NCBI GenBank assembly: GCA_017542245.1
Contig: JAFXXN010000016.1
Span: 25,711 to 89,710, forward strand
DNA length: 64,000 nucleotides
Reading direction: 5' to 3'
Source: Lachnospiraceae bacterium
GTDB taxonomy: Bacteria > Bacillota > Clostridia > Lachnospirales > Lachnospiraceae
Positions 45,764-54,555 of the stretch are shown here, in pieces. Numbering within the stretch: position 1 is the first letter of the stretch; the number at the start of each line of letters is the position of its first letter. Both the position numbers and the translations under genes were made by a program. The notes beneath the pieces were generated by a model. It was not told the DNA's origin. It made no database searches and saw only the letters and a program-made list of their open reading frames with translations.

Positions 45764-47050
45764 TTATTCAAACCCTGCATAATCCTTTAACTGGAATACT
45801 CCGTAAAGTGCATATTTACCTTTAAGAACATCATTGTAAAGGAGAGGTTTATATTCTTTTCTCCATGACATATTGTCGCATATGCCCCAGAATGTGAGGG
45901 CGTCCATTTTAACCTTACCGGCATCAACCCTTTCAAATATTCCGTTTATAAGGTCATAGTAAAAACGTCCCTGTGCCCTGAAGTTTTCATCATTACCGGG
46001 AAGCGGATGCTGGTATTTGCCCAGACATACATCAAGTTCGGTAAGCTGAAGCTTAAGTCCCGTTTCACCCAACGTCTCGATGGTATTAAAATACTTGGTT
46101 AGGTCATCGCTTGTGTATAGATGTGCCTGCAGGCCGATACCATCTATAAGGTACCTACCGTTCTCATCAACGAGTGTATTCACGAAATTAACAAGAGCCT
46201 GGGTCTTAAACTGTTCATTGAAATCATTGTAATAGAGGTCGATACTTTCAGGTGCATACTTGTCAGCATAATAGAATGCATACCAGAGATAATCATCTCC
46301 GATGATATCGGTCCAGTGGTTCTTACGTATCTGACCGTTATCAAGCCATGCTTCATTTACAACATCGTAGGCATAGAACAGATCGGTGTATCCAAGTTCA
46401 TCAATGGTCTTAAATACATTCTTGATATAACCTTCCATACGCGCAAGCATTGTATCACGGTCTACATATGCTTTTGTAGTATCGAAATCCTCATGGAAGA
46501 TCCACTCGGGAGTCTGACTGTACCATACGAGAGTGTGTCCACGCAGGGAGAAATTATTTTCCTTTGCAAATTTCAGCATATTAAGAGCATCGTTTTTAAA
46601 TTCAACAACAATTTCTCCGGCTTCCTGACTCTTTGTACGGTTAAGGATGGAATCAGGTTTCATCTCATTTTCCATGGTTACGCTGTTGTAGTTTGCCAGA
46701 AGAATTCTTTTTACGCCGGCACGGTTTACCATTGACATATTTAAGCATGTACCGACTTTCATCCCATGCTCTGCAAAAAGATCCTTAAGGTATTTTCCCT
46801 CAAGCGGATCGACAGGCTCTGCTTCAGTAGGCTCTGCAATTACAGCCTCTGTGGGAGAAGGTTCCGTAGGTACGGCTTCGGTCGGTACAGCCTCTGTAGG
46901 TTCAGCAGTGGGAGCTGCTTCTGTCGGCTCTGCAGTCGGAACAGCTTCCGTAACTGTCGGAGTAGTTTTCTGGTCATTCCCGGAGGAACTGCAGCCTGCC
47001 AGGGAGAAAACCATTGCGATAACAAGCATCAGTGCTAAAAACTTTTTCAT
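45764..47050 (-). CDS. GH10 endo-1,4-beta-xylanase lipoprotein with a Pro/Thr/Glu/Ala repeat linker
   Basis: Lipobox LAGC and the repeats TEAVPTAEPTEAAPTAEPTEAVPTEAVPTEP. GH10 catalytic motifs YDVVNEAW and LQLTELDV are present. Confidence 0.9.
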   Translation of the reverse strand: MKKFLALMLVIAMVFSLAGCSSSGNDQKTTPTVTEAVPTAEPTEAAPTAEPTEAVPTEAVPTEPSPTEAVIAEPTEAEPVDPLEGKYLKDLFAEHGMKVGTCLNMSMVNRAGVKRILLANYNSVTMENEMKPDSILNRTKSQEAGEIVVEFKNDALNMLKFAKENNFSLRGHTLVWYSQTPEWIFHEDFDTTKAYVDRDTMLARMEGYIKNVFKTIDELGYTDLFYAYDVVNEAWLDNGQIRKNHWTDIIGDDYLWYAFYYADKYAPESIDLYYNDFNEQFKTQALVNFVNTLVDENGRYLIDGIGLQAHLYTSDDLTKYFNTIETLGETGLKLQLTELDVCLGKYQHPLPGNDENFRAQGRFYYDLINGIFERVDAGKVKMDALTFWGICDNMSWRKEYKPLLYNDVLKGKYALYGVFQLKDYAGFE

Positions 47051-47289
47051 TTTCTGTGTCCTTTCTGTAATACTACTTTGGTTGGGTCTGTAAAATGACC
47101 CGCAGTATGAATGATTATAACATTATTATTTTAATTTTACAATAAATTATATTTTACAATTGATAATAAGTGATATTTTTAAAAATGCTATTTGAAAAAA
47201 AACTTGAAAATGCTACTTATTTGTAGTATAATCCATTTCATATTTATTTTTATAGTTTTAGGCTTTTATGAAGTATGAAGGAGAAAGAA

Positions 47290-48144
47290 ATGTCTTACAA
47301 GATCATCAGAAAAGAAGATTTGAATCCTCAGGTTTTCCTGATGGAAATTGAGGCGCCTCTTGTAGCAAAGAAGGCTGAACCCGGACAGTTTGTCATCTTA
47401 AGAATTGACGAGTATGGCGAGAGAGTTCCGTTTACGGTATCTGATTTTGACCGCGAAAAAGGAACGGTTACCATTATCATCCAGGCAGTAGGAAAGACTA
47501 CCAAAGACCTGGCTGCCATGAGCGCCGGTCAGGAAATTCTTGATTTCGCAGGACCTTTGGGTATGCCCACACCTCTTGAGCATATTAAGAAAGCAGCTAT
47601 CATCGGAGGCGGACTTGGTACTGCTATCGCATATCCCCAGGCTAAGAAATTAAAGTCATTAGGTGCTGATGTTACCGTTATCACCGGTTTCAGAAATAAA
47701 GACCTTATCATCCTTGAGGATGAAATGAAGGCTGTTTCAAACAAGCTTATCATTACCACAGATGACGGATCAAACGGTCTTCAGGGCTTTGTAACAGATA
47801 GATTAAAAGAAGAGATTGAAGCAGGAGAAAAGTTTGACGAAGTTATCGCCATCGGACCTCTTGTTATGATGCGCGCAGTATGCCGCGTTACCGAGCAGTA
47901 TAATATTCCTACAACCGTTTCCATGAACCCTGTTATGATAGACGGAACAGGTATGTGCGGTGGCTGCAGAGTTATAGTTGGCGGAGAAACAAAGTTTGCA
48001 TGTGTTGACGGACCTGATTTTGACGGACATAAGATTGACTGGGATGCAGCATTAAAGCGTTCTCAGATGTTCAAACCCTACGAGAAGAGATCATGTGAAG
48101 AGGGAAGATGCCGTATCACAGGAAAGGAGCACTGCAATGGCTAA
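47290..48144 (+). CDS. sulfide/dihydroorotate dehydrogenase-like FAD/NAD-binding [2Fe-2S] protein (NfnA-type small subunit)
   Basis: The ATG follows GAAGGAG. The FNR-like fold motif is RVPFTVSD. The C-terminal cysteines are GMCGGCRV...FACVDGP. It is coupled to the GltD-like gene. Confidence 0.75.
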   Translation: MSYKIIRKEDLNPQVFLMEIEAPLVAKKAEPGQFVILRIDEYGERVPFTVSDFDREKGTVTIIIQAVGKTTKDLAAMSAGQEILDFAGPLGMPTPLEHIKKAAIIGGGLGTAIAYPQAKKLKSLGADVTVITGFRNKDLIILEDEMKAVSNKLIITTDDGSNGLQGFVTDRLKEEIEAGEKFDEVIAIGPLVMMRAVCRVTEQYNIPTTVSMNPVMIDGTGMCGGCRVIVGGETKFACVDGPDFDGHKIDWDAALKRSQMFKPYEKRSCEEGRCRITGKEHCNG

Positions 48145-49519
48145 TATGTCTTTAACTAAAAATCCCATGCCTGCTCAGGCACCGGATGTTAGAAATAAAA
48201 ACTTTTTAGAGGTTGCTACAGGTTATACAGAGGATATGGCAGTTGATGAGGCACAGCGTTGCCTTAACTGTAAAAACAGACCCTGTATGACAGGCTGTCC
48301 CGTAGCTGTTAAGATCCCCGAGTTCTTAGCACTTGTTGCAGAAAGAAAGTTCGAGGAAGCTTATGAGAAGATCACTGAGACAAATGCACTTCCCGCTGTC
48401 TGCGGAAGAGTATGTCCTCAAGAGAAGCAGTGCGAGTCAAAGTGCGTAAGAGGTATCAAGGGCGAGCCCGTAGGTATCGGCCGTGTTGAGAGATTCGTAG
48501 CAGATTATCATCTGCAGCATGGTAAGGACAAGGTTGTTGAAGTTAAGAAGAACGGTAAGAGTGTTGCTGTAGTAGGTTCCGGTCCTTCAGGACTTACAGC
48601 AGCAGGCGACCTTGTAAAGCTGGGCTATGATGTTACTATTTTCGAAGCATTCCATACAGCAGGCGGCGTACTTATGTATGGTATTCCGGAGTTCCGTCTG
48701 CCTAAAAATATAGTTCAGAAGGAAATCGATAAGTTAAAGAGCCTGGGTGTTAAGATCGAGACCAACACCATTATTGGAAAAACTTTAATGGTAGATGAAC
48801 TTTTAGAGCAGTTTGACGCTGTTTTCGTTGGAACCGGTGCAGGCCTTCCTTCTTTCTTAAAGATTGAAGGTGAGGCTCTTAACGGAGTTTATTCCGCAAA
48901 TGAATTCCTTACACGTATCAACCTCATGAAGGGATATAAGTTCCCTGAGTATGATACTCCTGTATACTGCGGAAAGAATGTTGCTGTATTCGGCGGCGGA
49001 AATGTAGCTATGGATGCTGCAAGATGCGCAAAGCGTCTTGGCGCTGAGAATGTTTACATTATATACAGACGTGGTAAAGAAGAGCTTCCCGCACGTAAGG
49101 AAGAAGTAGAACATGCAGAGGAAGAGGGCATTCAGTTTAAACTCTTAGAGAACCCTACCAAGTTTATCGGCGATGAAAATGGATGGCTCAAGGGTGTAGA
49201 ACTCCTCAGCATGGAGCTTGGCGAGCCTGACGCAAGCGGCAGAAGAAGACCTGTTGAGATCAAAGGTTCGGAGCACGTGCTTGATATTGATACTGCTGTC
49301 ATAGCTATCGGCCAGACACCCAATCCTCTTATCAAGAAGACGACAGAAGGTCTTGATACCAACGCTAAGGGCTGCATTATAGCTGATGAGAAGGGTGCTA
49401 CTTCAAAAGCATATGTATATGCCGGCGGTGACGCAGTAACCGGAGCAGCTACAGTTATCCTTGCCATGGGTGCAGGTAAGACTGCGGCAGCAGCTATTAA
49501 TGAGAAACTTTCAGAATAA
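48137..49519 (+). CDS. NADPH-dependent glutamate synthase small-chain homolog (GltD/NfnB-type)
   Basis: The start is at MANMSL, after AAGGAG, and overlaps the upstream stop. The Fe-S cysteines are CLNCKNRPC..CP and CGRVCP..C. Two GxGxxG dinucleotide folds are present (VVGSGPSG and VFGGGNVAMD). Confidence 0.85.
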   Translation: MANMSLTKNPMPAQAPDVRNKNFLEVATGYTEDMAVDEAQRCLNCKNRPCMTGCPVAVKIPEFLALVAERKFEEAYEKITETNALPAVCGRVCPQEKQCESKCVRGIKGEPVGIGRVERFVADYHLQHGKDKVVEVKKNGKSVAVVGSGPSGLTAAGDLVKLGYDVTIFEAFHTAGGVLMYGIPEFRLPKNIVQKEIDKLKSLGVKIETNTIIGKTLMVDELLEQFDAVFVGTGAGLPSFLKIEGEALNGVYSANEFLTRINLMKGYKFPEYDTPVYCGKNVAVFGGGNVAMDAARCAKRLGAENVYIIYRRGKEELPARKEEVEHAEEEGIQFKLLENPTKFIGDENGWLKGVELLSMELGEPDASGRRRPVEIKGSEHVLDIDTAVIAIGQTPNPLIKKTTEGLDTNAKGCIIADEKGATSKAYVYAGGDAVTGAATVILAMGAGKTAAAAINEKLSE

Positions 49520-49535
49520 TTATTTGTTGCAAAGG

Positions 49536-49571
49536 TGTGACAGGGGGGACGGTTCTTCCTGTCACATTTTT
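49536..49571 (+). terminator. Rho-independent terminator
   Basis: TGTGACAGG-loop-CCTGTCACA followed by TTTTT. Confidence 0.75.
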
Positions 49572-49579
49572 CTAAAGAC

Positions 49580-49666
49580 TTCCCCTTGAGGGGATTATCT
49601 CTAACACGAAGTGGTTGAGATGTCTCACTGGCGAAGTGAAGGCTTAAGAAGCAGCCGGATGAGGTA
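49580..49666. repeat. structured intergenic repeat, copy B
   Basis: It aligns with 31871-31960 over its whole length with few substitutions. Confidence 0.85.
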
Positions 49667-49686
49667 TAATACTTATTAACTTATAT

Positions 49687-49746
49687 TTTCCCCTTTACGC
49701 TTTCCATTAAAGGTGAAGATGGCTGCGAAGCAGTTGGATAAGGAGT
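49687..49746. repeat. structured intergenic repeat, degenerate copy B' (its tail forms the guaA SD)
   Basis: TTTCCCCTT ... GGTGAAGATGGCTGCGAAGCAGTTGGATAAGGAG compares with AGTGAAGGTGGCTGCGAAGCAGCCGGATGAGGTG in copy A. Confidence 0.65.
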
Positions 49747-49751
49747 AATAT

Positions 49752-51320
49752 ATGGAAAAGATAATTGTCATTGATTTTGGCGGTCAGTACAACCAGCTGG
49801 TGGCACGTCGTGTCAGGGAATGTAATGTATACTGCGAGATATACTCTTACAAAACCGATCTTGAAAAGATTAAAGCTATGAGACCTAAAGGAATCATCCT
49901 TACGGGTGGACCGTCCAGCTGCTATGAGGAGAATGCCGCAACATGTTCCAAGGAACTTTTTGAACTTGGTATTCCTGTTCTTGGACTTTGCTACGGTGCA
50001 CAACTTATGAGCCATGTTCTGGGCGGAAAAGTTGAACGTGCATCCCAAAGAGAATATGGAAAAACAGAGGTTGATTTAGATATCACTTCACCATTATTTA
50101 AAGGGGTTATGCAGCATACTGTATGCTGGATGAGCCATTTTGATTATATTTCAAAACTGGCACCCGGATTTAAATCGATAGCGACGACCGCTAATACTCC
50201 TGTTGCCGCTATGGAATATGAAGAGAAAAAACTTTATGGTATCCAGTTCCATCCTGAAGTCCTTCATACTCCCGAAGGATCCAAGATGCTCTACAATTTC
50301 GTACGAAATATCTGTGGATGTTCCGGCAGTTGGCGTATGGATTCATTTGTTGCGACAAGTATTGAGGAAATCAGGAATAAAGTCGGGGACGGCAAGGTTC
50401 TGCTTGCCCTTTCAGGCGGTGTTGATTCATCCGTTGCAGCAGGAATACTGTCAAGAGCTATAGGAAAACAGCTTACTTGCGTATTTGTAGATCATGGTCT
50501 TTTAAGAAAAAATGAGGGTGATGAAGTAGAGCAGATTTTTGGACCGAATGGCAAATTTGATCTTAATTTCATAAGAGTAAATGCTCAGGACAGATATTAT
50601 GAAAAGCTTAAAGGTGTTACTGAACCTGAAAGAAAGAGAAAGATCATAGGCGAAGAATTTATTAATATATTTGAAGAGGAAGCAAAGAAAATAGGTGCGG
50701 TTGACTTCCTTGCACAGGGTACTATTTATCCGGACGTTGTTGAAAGTGGTCTCGGTGGGGAATCTGCAGTAATAAAGTCACATCATAATGTAGGCGGCCT
50801 TCCCGATCATGTGGATTTTAAAGAGATAATAGAGCCTCTTCGTAACTTATTCAAGGATGAGGTCCGTAAGGCAGGACTTGAACTTGGTATTCCGGAGAAA
50901 CTTGTATTCCGTCAGCCTTTCCCCGGTCCCGGTCTCGGAGTTCGTATAGTGGGTGAGGTTACGGCAGATAAAGTAAGAATAGTTCAGGATGCCGATGCCA
51001 TCTATCGTGAAGAAGTGGACGCTGAAGCATGGAGCTATTACAAGAAGAACGGTGAGTGGCCAAACTGGAAACCCGATCAATATTTTGCAGCACTTTCAAA
51101 CATGCGTAGTGTCGGTGTTATGGGAGATGAAAGAACCTATGATTATGCGGTAGTTCTTCGTGCCGTAAAGACCATAGATTTCATGACCGCAGAAGCTGCA
51201 AACATCCCGTGGGAAGTACTTCAGACTGTAATGAGCAGGATAGTAAACGAGGTTCGCGGAGTAAACCGCGTACTCTTCGATATAAGCTCAAAACCTCCGG
51301 GAACGATAGAGCTGGAATAA
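49752..51320 (+). CDS. guaA: GMP synthase (glutamine-hydrolysing)
   Basis: GATase domain (GLCYGAQLM), the ATP-PPase motif [11 protein letters not shown], and the C-terminal end GTIELE. Confidence 0.95.
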   Translation: MEKIIVIDFGGQYNQLVARRVRECNVYCEIYSYKTDLEKIKAMRPKGIILTGGPSSCYEENAATCSKELFELGIPVLGLCYGAQLMSHVLGGKVERASQREYGKTEVDLDITSPLFKGVMQHTVCWMSHFDYISKLAPGFKSIATTANTPVAAMEYEEKKLYGIQFHPEVLHTPEGSKMLYNFVRNICGCSGSWRMDSFVATSIEEIRNKVGDGKVLLALSGGVDSSVAAGILSRAIGKQLTCVFVDHGLLRKNEGDEVEQIFGPNGKFDLNFIRVNAQDRYYEKLKGVTEPERKRKIIGEEFINIFEEEAKKIGAVDFLAQGTIYPDVVESGLGGESAVIKSHHNVGGLPDHVDFKEIIEPLRNLFKDEVRKAGLELGIPEKLVFRQPFPGPGLGVRIVGEVTADKVRIVQDADAIYREEVDAEAWSYYKKNGEWPNWKPDQYFAALSNMRSVGVMGDERTYDYAVVLRAVKTIDFMTAEAANIPWEVLQTVMSRIVNEVRGVNRVLFDISSKPPGTIELE

Positions 51321-51324
51321 TGAC

Positions 51325-51373
51325 AATAACTCTGAGAAGCCTTGAAAATAGGGCATTCTCAGAGTTATTTTTG
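51325..51373 (+). terminator. Rho-independent terminator of guaA
   Basis: AATAACTCTGAGAA-loop-TTCTCAGAGTTATT followed by TTTT. Confidence 0.8.
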
Positions 51374-51412
51374 TCTTCGTGAGATTAAAATGAGATTATG
51401 AGGAGAAATTTT

Positions 51413-52536
51413 TTAATCTTCGTCATCATCCGTGAGATTAAAACTGTCCGTTTTTTCATCGGGATCTATCCCGAGTTCGTTGAGGGTTTTAATCAGTTCA
51501 ACATCTTTTTCAGGATAAAGATGTGCATACCTGTCCCAGGTTACTTTTACGGATGAATGTCCTAAACGCTTCGACACCTGTTTTATGTTCACTCCGAGAT
51601 GGATGAGCATTGAAGCATGTGAATGCCGGAGATCGTGGATTCTTATCTTCTTGACACCGGATTCCTTTATGGCACGCTTGATCTCATGAGTGACAGCAGC
51701 TTTCGTGAAATAGAATATCCTGTCATTGCTCTGGTAATCGCAGAGAGACTGTATATAGGAAACGAACTCGTCATACAGGAAGTCCGGGATTGTCACTTTT
51801 CTGTTGCTGGCTTCGGATTTAGGCGTGAGAATCACTTCCTGACCGTCGATAACTGCAAAATTCTTTGTTATGCTTATAGCCTTTTCTGGTACGGTCAGTA
51901 TATCATCAGCTGTAAGGGCGAGGGCTTCTCCGTATCTTGCACCGGTATAGAGAGCGTATCAAAGAAAAGATGGAAAACAGGGCTTCTTACCGACTTGATG
52001 AACTGGTCAAATTCCTCTTTAGTCCAGAACTGCATTTCCTCAGCTTCTTTCTTACCGATGCTGCCTACGATGTGGCACGGGTTCTGAGAAAGCCTGTACT
52101 GCTTCATAGCAAAATTAAAGATGGCGGAAAGCTGGGCATTCACAGATTTGAGATATGTCGGAGCGTAGGCCTTGCCGTTCTTATCCCTGAGCTTCAGCAA
52201 CTCATTCTGCCAATTCGTAACGTGTACCGGAGTTATATCGCATAGTCTCAGTGATTCAAAGTACGGAAGGATCTTCTGCTCTATAAGAAACTTTTTGGTG
52301 CTCATGGTCGTAGGCTTAATCCTAGGGGTAAGATACTCCAGGTAATGAGCTACTAGAGCACCAAAAGGGATATTAGAAGAGGTTTGGAGCATGTCGAGGA
52401 AGTCTTTTTCATATTTCACCGCTTCGCCCTTAGTCCTGAATCCTCTTTTTACCGCATGTTTTCTTTCTCCGTTCCAAGATTTATAATAGAAAGCAACATA
52501 CCAGGTACCTCTTTTAGTGTCTTTATAGGGTGGCAT
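51413..52536 (-). pseudogene. phage/ICE-type tyrosine integrase, frameshifted
   Basis: The N-terminal part (arm-binding RGTWYVAFYYKSWNGERKH, SAM-like domain) and the C-terminal catalytic part (IHDLRHSHAS, LGHSSVKVTWDRYAHL) lie in different frames. The frames meet at about 51948-51953 in a CTCTCT run. Confidence 0.8.
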
Positions 52537-52703
52537 TTCAGATAGCCTTTCTTCAAAATTTGTGTTGACAATCATAATATTCGGATATATAATGTCCTTA
52601 GTAAGGCAGTTGGCAGGATAGCCCATACCTATCCAGTCCTGCTTTCGGTATTGATTATTTTATTTTGCAAAAATAGTCGTCTCCTAGGGCAAGGAACGGG
52701 CGA

Positions 52704-52805
52704 CTATTTTTTATTGTTGTCTTTATTCGAGACAACAAGCTTGATTACTTCGACTACCAATATTGCTATGGTGAGAACCACCATTAGGATTTCGTAAGCA
52801 CTCAT
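52704..52805 (-). CDS. 33-aa hydrophobic peptide resembling holin-like toxin (Hol-Tox) family
   Basis: MSAYEILMVVLTIAILVVEVIKLVVSNKDNNKK. A strong SD AAGGAGAGG lies 6 nt upstream. The protein has one TM segment and a basic tail. Confidence 0.6.
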   Translation of the reverse strand: MSAYEILMVVLTIAILVVEVIKLVVSNKDNNKK

Positions 52806-52887
52806 AAGCCTCTCCTTTCTCCGAATCGCAAGAAAGGATAAACATAGCCGTCCTCCAGCTGCCTTGCTAAAGGCATTCTTAATAGAT

Positions 52888-53232
52888 TTAATTCCCTGAT
52901 AATTTTTTGACATAAACGGATAGTCTTTTAATCATATTATTATCCGCATTCTTGCATAAGTTTATTATTTCAAATAATTCCGGTTCGTTCAATTTTGATA
53001 TTGTATATGAAACCGGCAGAGGATCATCGGAACGGGAGGTCAAATACTCAACGGAAGTGTTTAGGACATTCGCGATGACGGACAGTGTTTGAAGAGAAGG
53101 CACCCTGGTGCCCGCTTCGTATCTCAAATATGCCGGTTGTGAAAGATCCATTCTTTTAGCAGCTTCCATTTTACTGATTCCCAGTTTTTCTCTACATTCT
53201 TTTAATCTGACGATATTTAATGAAATGCTCAT
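52888..53232 (-). CDS. XRE-family HTH transcriptional regulator (repressor-like)
   Basis: HTH motif LKECREKLGISKMEAAKRMDLSQPAYLRYEAGTRVPSLQTLSVIANVLNTSVEYL. Confidence 0.85.
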   Translation of the reverse strand: MSISLNIVRLKECREKLGISKMEAAKRMDLSQPAYLRYEAGTRVPSLQTLSVIANVLNTSVEYLTSRSDDPLPVSYTISKLNEPELFEIINLCKNADNNMIKRLSVYVKKLSGN

Positions 53233-53304
53233 CTTGGTTTACTCCATTTAATAAGTTTTTATGAAAAAAAATTTTGATATATCCATGACCCTCAAAAATA
53301 CATA

Positions 53305-53353
53305 TTGATTATACCATTGGAATATGATAAAATCAATATACCAATGGTATATA
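53305..53353 (+). promoter_or_regulatory. sigma-A-type promoter with overlapping 11-bp inverted repeat (operator candidate)
   Basis: TTGATT (53305)-17 nt-TAAAAT (53328). The arms are TATACCATTGG (53310-53320) and CCAATGGTATA (53341-53351). Confidence 0.45.
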
Positions 53354-53393
53354 AATGGAGAGAAGGTTGTAGAATTGCTAGGGATTGTAAATT

Positions 53394-53618
53394 GTGATGG
53401 GGGAGAGATTTACTATTTTAATAATTGACAATATGGCATATAATATAACCAGAGTGGTATATTTCTTCTATTATGAGGGCAAGATAATACTGACAAATGG
53501 ATTTGTAAAGAATACACAAAAGACTCCGCCAGAAGAGATAAGGCTGGCAAAGGAACGAAGAGCAGATTATCATAGAAAGGAAGGGATGAACATGAAGACA
53601 TTAAACGAGATGCTTTAA
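53394..53618 (+). pseudogene. Gp49/HigB-like toxin, apparently N-terminally truncated
   Basis: Only the C-terminal family block is present: RVVYFFYYEGKIILTNGFVKNTQKTPPEEIRLAKERRADY. Confidence 0.5.
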
Positions 53619-53879
53619 GAGCAGTTGAAAAATGAAGATTTTCGTAAAGAATATGAAGTAATCCAGCCTGAGATGGATGTGATCAGAGCTGTTGTAGATG
53701 CACGGACCTCCCAGAATCTTACTCAGAAGGGGCTTGCTGAACGTACTGGTATAAATCGGGCAGATATTAGCAAATTGGAGAACGGTACAAGAAATCCTTC
53801 TGTTAATTTACTTAAGCGTTTAGCTGATGGTATGGGTATGACTCTTAAGATAGAGTTTATACCGAAGCAACAGATATAG
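53598..53879 (+). pseudogene. HigA-like XRE antitoxin with an in-frame TAA at codon 9 (or TTG restart at 53625)
   Basis: ATG AAG ACA TTA AAC GAG ATG CTT TAA GAG CAG TTG... The sequence continues in the same frame into the HTH LTQKGLAERTGINRADISKLENGTRNPSVNLLKRLA. Confidence 0.6.
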
Positions 53880-54349
53880 AAATTTAATGAAAAAATACTA
53901 AGGAGTTGATTGCTGTGACGAAAAAAGTGAATTTTTATAATGTTTATTTTTATGAATTTATTGATACAGACGCGGCACGAGATTTCAAAGAAATTAAGGA
54001 TTACATCATAGAAATAATAAATGAAAAATCAGTGAAACAAGATGGCTTTTGGGTATTGGATTTATCAGATGAGAATCAGCTACATCAAATTGCTGATGTT
54101 TCCAGATACAAATAGACGACCGTATAAATCTAACGGTGGTAAAATGTGTAGGAGCGAAAAAATAAATAGGGAGATACCGTGTAATTGGGAAGTATGCTCA
54201 TTAAGGGATTTGGTTATCAAACAAGTATCGTCCAATTACATCATTTATTCCATAATGAGGCAATTGGGTTTATAAATGAGTATAATGATAGTTAAAAAAT
54301 GTAAGCTATACTTTAATAAATTTACAATAGACGATTTGGAGATATAGTT

Positions 54350-54540
54350 ATGAACATTTCTGACAGGATAAAGGAATTACGAAAGAAAACAGAATTATCA
54401 CAAAGCAAATTTTCTGCTCAATTCGGTATTACCGTAAGAACTCTTCAACAGTGGGAACAGGGAATCAGCGCACCCTTCTGGAATATTTGATAAGAATGAT
54501 GGCGTACATTATGAAACTTGAGGAAAAGAATGAGAAATGA
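54350..54540 (+). pseudogene. small XRE-family HTH gene with a frameshift near its 3' end
   Basis: MNISDRIKELRKKTELSQSKFSAQFGITVRTLQQWEQGISAP stops at 54490. The expected tail EYLIRMMAYIMKLEEKNEK continues in another frame to 54540. Confidence 0.55.
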
Positions 54541-54555
54541 CAGGGGAAAAATAAA

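Noticed and set aside
46121-47093. Several plus-strand ORFs (204, 90 and 80 aa) opposite the GH10 xylanase gene.
   Set aside because: They are antisense shadows. The 80- and 90-aa ones simply translate the complement of the Pro/Thr/Glu/Ala repeat linker.
49520-49751. Purine or guanine riboswitch upstream of guaA.
   Set aside because: The region is fully accounted for by a terminator and two copies of the intergenic repeat. No three-way-junction purine-sensor pattern was seen.
51379-51443. 13-bp direct repeat CGTGAGATTAAAA (51379 and 51431) as the att core of the guaA-linked element.
   Set aside because: Both copies lie at the same end of the element, one inside the integrase coding region, and no partner was seen at a plausible distal end within the window. 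I cannot support it.
53915-54275. Small ORFs after the antitoxin (69 aa and 77 aa).
   Set aside because: The first has a usable SD but no recognisable family. The second contains only an HsdS-like N-terminal scrap. Support is insufficient to call either a functional CDS.
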